From the NCBI GenBank assembly GCA_041665505.1, contig JBAYIR010000002.1:11602-75601 (forward strand): DNA of 64,000 nucleotides, given 5' to 3'. Origin of the DNA: Patescibacteria group bacterium. GTDB taxonomy: Bacteria > Patescibacteriota > Patescibacteriia > UBA1558 > GWA2-36-10. This document shows positions 58,457 to 64,000 of this stretch, in pieces; within the stretch, counting starts at the first letter, position 1, and every line of letters begins with the position of its first letter. The translations under genes and the position numbers were made by a program. Under the pieces are notes generated by a model, which saw only the letters and a program-made list of their open reading frames with translations, did not search any database and was not told the origin of the DNA.

Positions 58457-61400
58457 TTAATTATTTATTAATAAATTTACAAAAGATCTGCTAGACTCTC
58501 CAAAATATCCCGTGCCTGAAATAAGATTTAAGGGGCTTAAAATATCTTTTTGATAATAATTTTGAAATTTTATAAGGGCTTGATAAGTCAGCTGCCCAAA
58601 AAATTCTGTTTCCTGACCAGGTGAGCCAAGACCTGCCTCGGCTAATTTGAAATTATTATCATTTAAAAACTTTTGTAATCTTTTCACATCTTGACCAATA
58701 TCTCTAAATCCTAAATTCTTTAAAAATTGAAAATTAGCCACCACTTTTATAACTTCGCCACTTGGATAATCATCTAAATTATCTACTTCTACAACATCTG
58801 ACCACTGATAATCAAAATGAAAAAAAGTATACTCATTAAAAATTGGTCTTTTATAACCCGACTCTATCAAATAAACGGCTGCTTTATTTTTTTCTTTAAC
58901 TAAATCTCCATCTGAAAAAATATTAGGCTCCGTTGGAATATCTGTATCAACATCTGGTTCGTCAGGAGTATTGTCTATTGGCTCATCAATATTGTCATCT
59001 AGCTCGTCAGGAGTATTATCTGTGTCGGGGGTATTATCAGGCGGCGGATAAAATGTCCCGCCACCACCTGGTGATACTTTGAACCAACCCGTATTGGTAT
59101 TAGTCAAAGTTACTTCACTATCATAGGCAAACTCTACTATACTGTCCAGATTTGTCTGATTGCTGTTTTCAACATTTAGATAATCTATAGTCCGACCAGA
59201 GCTAGCAATATTGATATTGAAACGGTTAGTGTCATCACTGGAATTTAAAGTTAATAGACCACCGCTTTTACCTCGCAAGGTAGTACTGCCAGTGATAGTA
59301 GTAGTAGAAGCCGGCCAAAATAAAAGTTCTTGAGTATTAGTAAAAGCACTACAGTCTTTAACAAAATTATAAAAAGTAGTGTCACCTCTCAGTGTTTGTT
59401 TATTGTTTGGTGAGGCCAGGTCCGCATTATCAAAAGTGATGATATTATTGCCATGAGTGAAACTACCATAATTTGTCCAATCACCAGCTAAAGTAATTGC
59501 TTCGCCATTAGCGTTTAAAGTAGCATTGGCATTAATGACTATATCATTATTAATATCAAAATTTATGGTAGAAGTAGCTGACACAGATACACTCTTAGTA
59601 TTGGTGCCATCACCAATAGTCAAATTATAAAAATTAAAATCAACTTCATCACTTTCCTCTATCACTATCTCTACATCATCATTGCCAATAAATTGTACTG
59701 TTCCACCAGTCACAGCAAAACTAGCCCCATCATCTATATACATAATACCATAACCACTATGTCCAGGTCCTTCAATAGTAATAGTCCCTCCTGATATGTC
59801 AGCTACTGAACCACTATTTTGATGCCACCTAGCAGCCACATCTGGTGTTATATTATCTGCACCTAAAATAATATTACCACTAGCCATAGTCAAAGTAGAA
59901 CCACTATTTAATAAAATCACTCCGGGCACAGTGATATCATTGCCATTAGTAATAAACTCCCCTGTATACATTTGTAAATCTCGCAAATGCAAATCTGAAT
60001 TAGCTATCACGGTACTTGCACTTGTGCCTAAATCTATATCTAACTCCGCCAAAGTTGTACTAGTACCTAAAAAATTATTAGCTCCAGTAATAGCCATAGT
60101 AAAATCTCCTGTACCATTTATAGTAAATACTGGATGCCCCGAACCTCCATAGACAAAAGTATTATCACCTGATATAGCCACGTCACCAGAAACAGTAGTA
60201 TAGCCATCTGACCAATTGCTAGCTCCAGCATCAGCGGTAATTGTATAGTCATTATCTACTTCAATAGATGAAGTACTTTCATCCATGACGATGTTACCAC
60301 CATTTTTGGTAAAATTATGCCTGACTTTCAAAAAACCAGCATTAAAATCCAAAGTGCCACTAGTTAAAATAAAATCATTATCTACTTCCATATCTGGAGT
60401 CAGTCCGGCGAAATTGACAGCCAAAGTCATAGTGCCACCATCTAAAACCACATCATAAAAATCATCATTGGTGGCATTAGTAGCACCAATAGTGTGAGTA
60501 CCACTACCATTAAAAGTAACTTGGTTATTGTCATGGACATAAGTACTATTGTTTGTCCAACTGCCAGCGACTAGAATATCTTCACCGTTACTATCGAAAG
60601 TGGCATTACTATTAATAGTCAAAGCACCATCTAAATCCAAAGCTAAAACAGTGCTGGTATTAATACTAACTGTCTTAACATTTGTACCATCACCCACACT
60701 AATATTATATAAATTAAAATCCGCATCATCTACCTCAGCTGAATACAATGCTGCACTATCGTCGCCAATAAAACTAAGTGTGCCCCCAGTTGGCGTATAA
60801 GCCGAACCATTTTGAAAATAAGCTGCTCCATAAGTGGCATTACCAGGTCCTTCTATAGAAATAGTGCCCCCCGTGATATTTTCTGTAAAACCTGATTCAA
60901 TATGATAAATAGCATTCCCTCCTGGGGCTGCATTGTCCCGCCCTAAAGTAATGGTAGAATTTGCCATTTGCAATTTACCGCCAGCTTGACCAATAAATAA
61001 ACCATCCATATCCGCAGTAATGCCATCACTGAGCGCTAGAGTGCCTTCATAAACTTGTACATTATAAAGCTGAACACTACTGGTAATAGTAATAACATCG
61101 CTAACTGAGTTCATAATTATATCCAGCTCTCCAATATTAGCCGCTCGGCCAATATAATTTCCGCTACCCGAGACTGTTATATTTTTTGTGCCTGTCCCAT
61201 TGATGGTCAAGACTGGATAGCTAGCACCACCCATTTGAAAAGTATTATCGCCACTAACTACAAAATTACCTGAAGTCACAGTAAAATACCCCACACTAAT
61301 AACAAAACTACCACCACTGATACTAGTATCACCTGTTACTTCAAAATAATCACCATTATTATTCATCTCAATAGTACCGCCGGCTTTAGTAAAACCGCCA

Positions 61401-61717
61401 GTGATAGTCAGACCATTGGTATTCATATCCAAAGTGCCTGTATAATCACTTTCCATATTAAAGCCAGCAATAGTTCTACCAGGATTAATATCCAAATCTA
61501 GAGAAGCATTTGACACTGCCCCATCAAAAACTACTATGTCTGTAGCGCCTGGCACACCACCGGCACAATTTGTCCAATTCAAAGCATCATTCCAAATAGC
61601 TGTATTATTACCATTGGACCAAGTACAAGTAGCCGCTTGTGTTTTATTAACAAAAACACCAAGTGCTCCTAAAAACATTGTTATTATTATGCCAGTAGTA
61701 ATTATATTTTTAAGCAT
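58457..61717 (-). CDS. Large secreted beta-helix-like (Gly/Thr/Asn-rich) surface protein with an internally duplicated ~360-aa module and a C-terminal peptidoglycan-binding (PG_binding_1) domain
   Basis: Signal peptide MLKNIITTGIIITMFLGALGVFVNKTQA. Two homologous modules (…ISGGTITIEGPGHSGYG… / …ITGGTISIEGPGNATYG…). An acidic PDNTPD linker. The C-terminal block DVKRLQKFLN…FGQLTYQALIKFQ. The track start at 61816 lies inside the ppsA terminator hairpin, so the start is moved to the internal ATG at 61715-61717. Confidence 0.6.
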   Translation of the reverse strand: MLKNIITTGIIITMFLGALGVFVNKTQAATCTWSNGNNTAIWNDALNWTNCAGGVPGATDIVVFDGAVSNASLDLDINPGRTIAGFNMESDYTGTLDMNTNGLTITGGFTKAGGTIEMNNNGDYFEVTGDTSISGGSFVISVGYFTVTSGNFVVSGDNTFQMGGASYPVLTINGTGTKNITVSGSGNYIGRAANIGELDIIMNSVSDVITITSSVQLYNVQVYEGTLALSDGITADMDGLFIGQAGGKLQMANSTITLGRDNAAPGGNAIYHIESGFTENITGGTISIEGPGNATYGAAYFQNGSAYTPTGGTLSFIGDDSAALYSAEVDDADFNLYNISVGDGTNVKTVSINTSTVLALDLDGALTINSNATFDSNGEDILVAGSWTNNSTYVHDNNQVTFNGSGTHTIGATNATNDDFYDVVLDGGTMTLAVNFAGLTPDMEVDNDFILTSGTLDFNAGFLKVRHNFTKNGGNIVMDESTSSIEVDNDYTITADAGASNWSDGYTTVSGDVAISGDNTFVYGGSGHPVFTINGTGDFTMAITGANNFLGTSTTLAELDIDLGTSASTVIANSDLHLRDLQMYTGEFITNGNDITVPGVILLNSGSTLTMASGNIILGADNITPDVAARWHQNSGSVADISGGTITIEGPGHSGYGIMYIDDGASFAVTGGTVQFIGNDDVEIVIEESDEVDFNFYNLTIGDGTNTKSVSVSATSTINFDINNDIVINANATLNANGEAITLAGDWTNYGSFTHGNNIITFDNADLASPNNKQTLRGDTTFYNFVKDCSAFTNTQELLFWPASTTTITGSTTLRGKSGGLLTLNSSDDTNRFNINIASSGRTIDYLNVENSNQTNLDSIVEFAYDSEVTLTNTNTGWFKVSPGGGGTFYPPPDNTPDTDNTPDELDDNIDEPIDNTPDEPDVDTDIPTEPNIFSDGDLVKEKNKAAVYLIESGYKRPIFNEYTFFHFDYQWSDVVEVDNLDDYPSGEVIKVVANFQFLKNLGFRDIGQDVKRLQKFLNDNNFKLAEAGLGSPGQETEFFGQLTYQALIKFQNYYQKDILSPLNLISGTGYFGESSRSFVNLLINN

Positions 61718-61805
61718 ATTATTTATATTTCCCAAACTTCCATCTAAGCCTCTAATTTTTATTATTATAACATAAATTATACAAATTAAACATAAACGAA
61801 AAAAA

Positions 61806-61834
61806 CCCCTTGCCAACTGGCAGGGGGCTTTTTG
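61806..61834. terminator. Rho-independent terminator downstream of ppsA (CCCCTTGCC-AACT-GGCAGGGGG + T-run)
   Basis: 9-bp stem with one G.U; T/A runs on both strands. Confidence 0.65.
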
Positions 61835-61840
61835 CTTATC

Positions 61841-64000
61841 TTATTTTTTTCTTTTTTTCTTTTTGGACTCTGTTTGTTTAATAGCAATCATGGTTTTAAT
61901 CACTGAGTCAGGATTGAGCGATATACTATCAATACCCTCTCTGACCAAAAATTGAGCGAAGTCTGGAAAATCAGATGGTGCTTGACCACAAAAACCAATC
62001 TTGCGTTTATTTTTTTTGGCCACGGCTATCACTCGACTAACCAATTCTTTGACGGCATCATTTCTCTCATCATAGACATGAGATACTAACTCACTATCAC
62101 GATCAACTCCCAAAGTCAGCTGAGTCAAATCATTGGAGCCAATAGAAAAACCATCAAAAATTTCACAAAACTTATCGGCTAAAATAACATTAGACGGTAT
62201 CTCACACATCACATACACTTCCAAACCATCAACACCACGCTTTAAACCATTATCAGCCATAATCTTCAAAACTTTTTTACCTTCTTCTACCGTCCGACAA
62301 AATGGCACCATTATTTTTAAATTATTTAAACCCATTTCTTTACGGACTTTAACCAAGGCTTTACACTCTAGCACAAAAGCTGGTAAATATTTTGGACTAT
62401 AGTAGCGACTAGCCCCACGCCAGCCAATCATAGGATTTCTTTCCTCTGGCTCAAATTGTGCCCCACCAATTAAACTAGCATATTCATTTGATTTAAAATC
62501 AGACAACCTAATAATCACATCTTTTGGATAAAAAGCAGCCGCAATGCGAGCTACACCCTCAGCTAATTTATCTATAAAAAATTGTGACTTGCTCTGATAG
62601 GCGGCGGTAGCCTCTTCAATAATACTAATTACTTTTGGATCTTTAACTTTAGAAAAATTTAGCAGAGCCAAAGGATGAATACGAATATAATTGGAAATAA
62701 TAAATTCCTCACGCGCTAAACCAACACCTTCATTGGGAATGAATGATTGGCTCATGGCCATTTCTGGGTTGCCAATATTCATCATGATTTTAGTTTTTGA
62801 TTGTTTGAAATTCTTAAGATTAGTCTTCTTTACTTCATATTTAAGTAAGCCATTATAAACAAAACCTTTTTCTCCTTCAGCGCAAGAGACTGTGATGTTT
62901 TGACCATTTTTTAATTTTTCAGTGCCATTTTTGGTGCCGACCACGCAAGGGATACCTAACTCCCGTGAGATAATAGCGGCATGACAAGTGCGGCCACCAG
63001 AATTGGTGACAATCGCACTAGCAATTTTCATAATTGGTTCCCAATCTGGATCAGTCATTTCAGTTACCAGCACTTCGCCCGCTTTAAATTTATCTATATT
63101 TTTGGCATCTTTGATAATATGCACTTTGCCCTGACCAATTTTATTACCGACTGAAGCACCAATCACGGCAATTTTACCTCTTTCTTTTATAATATATTCA
63201 ATCAAAGTATTTGGATCATCTTGAGAGCGCACTGTTTCTGGACGAGCCTGAACAATAAACAGCTTATTGCTGCGACCATCTTTGGCCCACTCCATATCCA
63301 TTGGTTTTTTGTAATGATCCTCAATTTGAGCAGCCCAGGAGGCTAGCTGTAAAATTTCTTTATCTGACAGGGCAAATCTAGTTTGATCACTTTTCGCCAC
63401 TGGCATATTTTTGACATTGCTCTTGGCTTTGGCATCATAGACCAACTTCTTGCTTTTTAAGCCCACGGTTTTACTAATAATTGGTTTAAAACCTTTTTTC
63501 AAAGTTGGCTTAAAAACATAATATTCATCTGGGTTGACCATACCTTGCACTATATATTCACCCAAACCATAAATAGCATTGATGAGCACTGTACCTCTAA
63601 AACCAGATTCGGTATCAATGGAAAACATCACCCCCGAGGTAGCCAAATCACTACGCACCATTTTTTGGACAGTGATAGAAAGTTTGACTTTAAAATGGTC
63701 AAAACCTTTGTCCGTGCGATAAGAAATAGCCCTGTCTGTAAAAAGAGAGGCCATACATCTACGACAAGCATCCAACAGTTCTACTCCCCCTTCAATATTA
63801 AGATAAGTATCTTGCTGACCAGCAAAAGAAGCATCTGGTAAATCCTCAGCAGTAGCTGACGAGCGGACAGCCACGTCAACATTTTTTACTCTAAATTCTT
63901 GTGATAATTTTTTGTAATCAGCAATAATTTGGGCTTTCAAATCTTCTGGAAATTCTGCTTTTAATATTGCCTCTCGCACAGCCTTGGCTCGAGCTTGTAA
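61841..64000 (-). CDS. ppsA: Phosphoenolpyruvate synthase (pyruvate, water dikinase), 5' partial (N-terminus beyond the window)
   Basis: VAVRSSATAEDLPDASFAGQQDTYLN; the phosphohistidine domain GGRTCHAAIISRELGIPCVVG; the C-terminal PEP-utilising TIM barrel (IVRLSDFKSNEYA…FSIGSNDLTQL). The ORF stays open to position 64000. Confidence 0.85.
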   Translation of the reverse strand, partial: LQARAKAVREAILKAEFPEDLKAQIIADYKKLSQEFRVKNVDVAVRSSATAEDLPDASFAGQQDTYLNIEGGVELLDACRRCMASLFTDRAISYRTDKGFDHFKVKLSITVQKMVRSDLATSGVMFSIDTESGFRGTVLINAIYGLGEYIVQGMVNPDEYYVFKPTLKKGFKPIISKTVGLKSKKLVYDAKAKSNVKNMPVAKSDQTRFALSDKEILQLASWAAQIEDHYKKPMDMEWAKDGRSNKLFIVQARPETVRSQDDPNTLIEYIIKERGKIAVIGASVGNKIGQGKVHIIKDAKNIDKFKAGEVLVTEMTDPDWEPIMKIASAIVTNSGGRTCHAAIISRELGIPCVVGTKNGTEKLKNGQNITVSCAEGEKGFVYNGLLKYEVKKTNLKNFKQSKTKIMMNIGNPEMAMSQSFIPNEGVGLAREEFIISNYIRIHPLALLNFSKVKDPKVISIIEEATAAYQSKSQFFIDKLAEGVARIAAAFYPKDVIIRLSDFKSNEYASLIGGAQFEPEERNPMIGWRGASRYYSPKYLPAFVLECKALVKVRKEMGLNNLKIMVPFCRTVEEGKKVLKIMADNGLKRGVDGLEVYVMCEIPSNVILADKFCEIFDGFSIGSNDLTQLTLGVDRDSELVSHVYDERNDAVKELVSRVIAVAKKNKRKIGFCGQAPSDFPDFAQFLVREGIDSISLNPDSVIKTMIAIKQTESKKKKRKK

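Noticed and set aside
1-64000. Search for CRISPR arrays, rRNA genes, transposases or integrases
   Set aside because: No regularly spaced direct repeats with unique spacers. No rRNA-like conserved stretches. No ORF with a DDE, tyrosine-recombinase or serine-recombinase signature was seen. The only repeats are intragenic tandem repeats and short terminator hairpins.
63980-64000. Treating the ppsA start at 63979 (GTG) as the true N-terminus
   Set aside because: The frame stays open through position 64000 (…LQARAKAV-REAIL…), and homologous PpsA proteins have about 80 more N-terminal residues. The gene is therefore reported as 5'-partial instead.

Overview
This AT-rich window of about 64 kb reads as a chromosomal fragment of a small-genome, low-GC bacterium; by inference only, it resembles Candidate Phyla Radiation / Patescibacteria. 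It holds housekeeping genes (the dnaG-rpoD operon, typA, ahcY, a partial ppsA, ogt and a tRNA-Ser(GGA)), three EamA/DMT transporters, two HI0933-type flavoprotein paralogs, and two HTH-XRE regulator cassettes paired with membrane proteins. There is a 4283-aa giant surface protein with LamG-like and SH3b domains and ~410-nt internal tandem repeats. A minus-strand cluster combines a MacAB-like exporter, a PBP5-like carboxypeptidase, and a NOX/ferric-reductase gene next to a secreted double cytochrome-b5 protein. A 1119-aa beta-helix-like protein carries a peptidoglycan-binding tail.

The most system-like accessory element is a compact candidate defence islet at 11.2-13.6 kb. It consists of an ABC/AAA_21-type ATPase, a DUF4276 TOPRIM-like partner (OLD/PARIS/AbiL-style architecture) and a DUF2726 PD-(D/E)xK-like protein.

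Other signals worth a second look:
- A GC-rich, multi-hairpin, non-coding segment at 9.5-9.9 kb with its own -35/-10 and terminator (candidate sRNA or leader).
- A GC-rich palindromic element (CGGGATCCCG core) inserted in frame three times (twice in rpoD, once in a PfkB kinase), each encoding AGSRxR[DE]K.
- Duplicated terminator hairpins that bracket one gene.
- A promoter placed so that typA would be leaderless.

No CRISPR array, rRNA or obvious transposase was seen.
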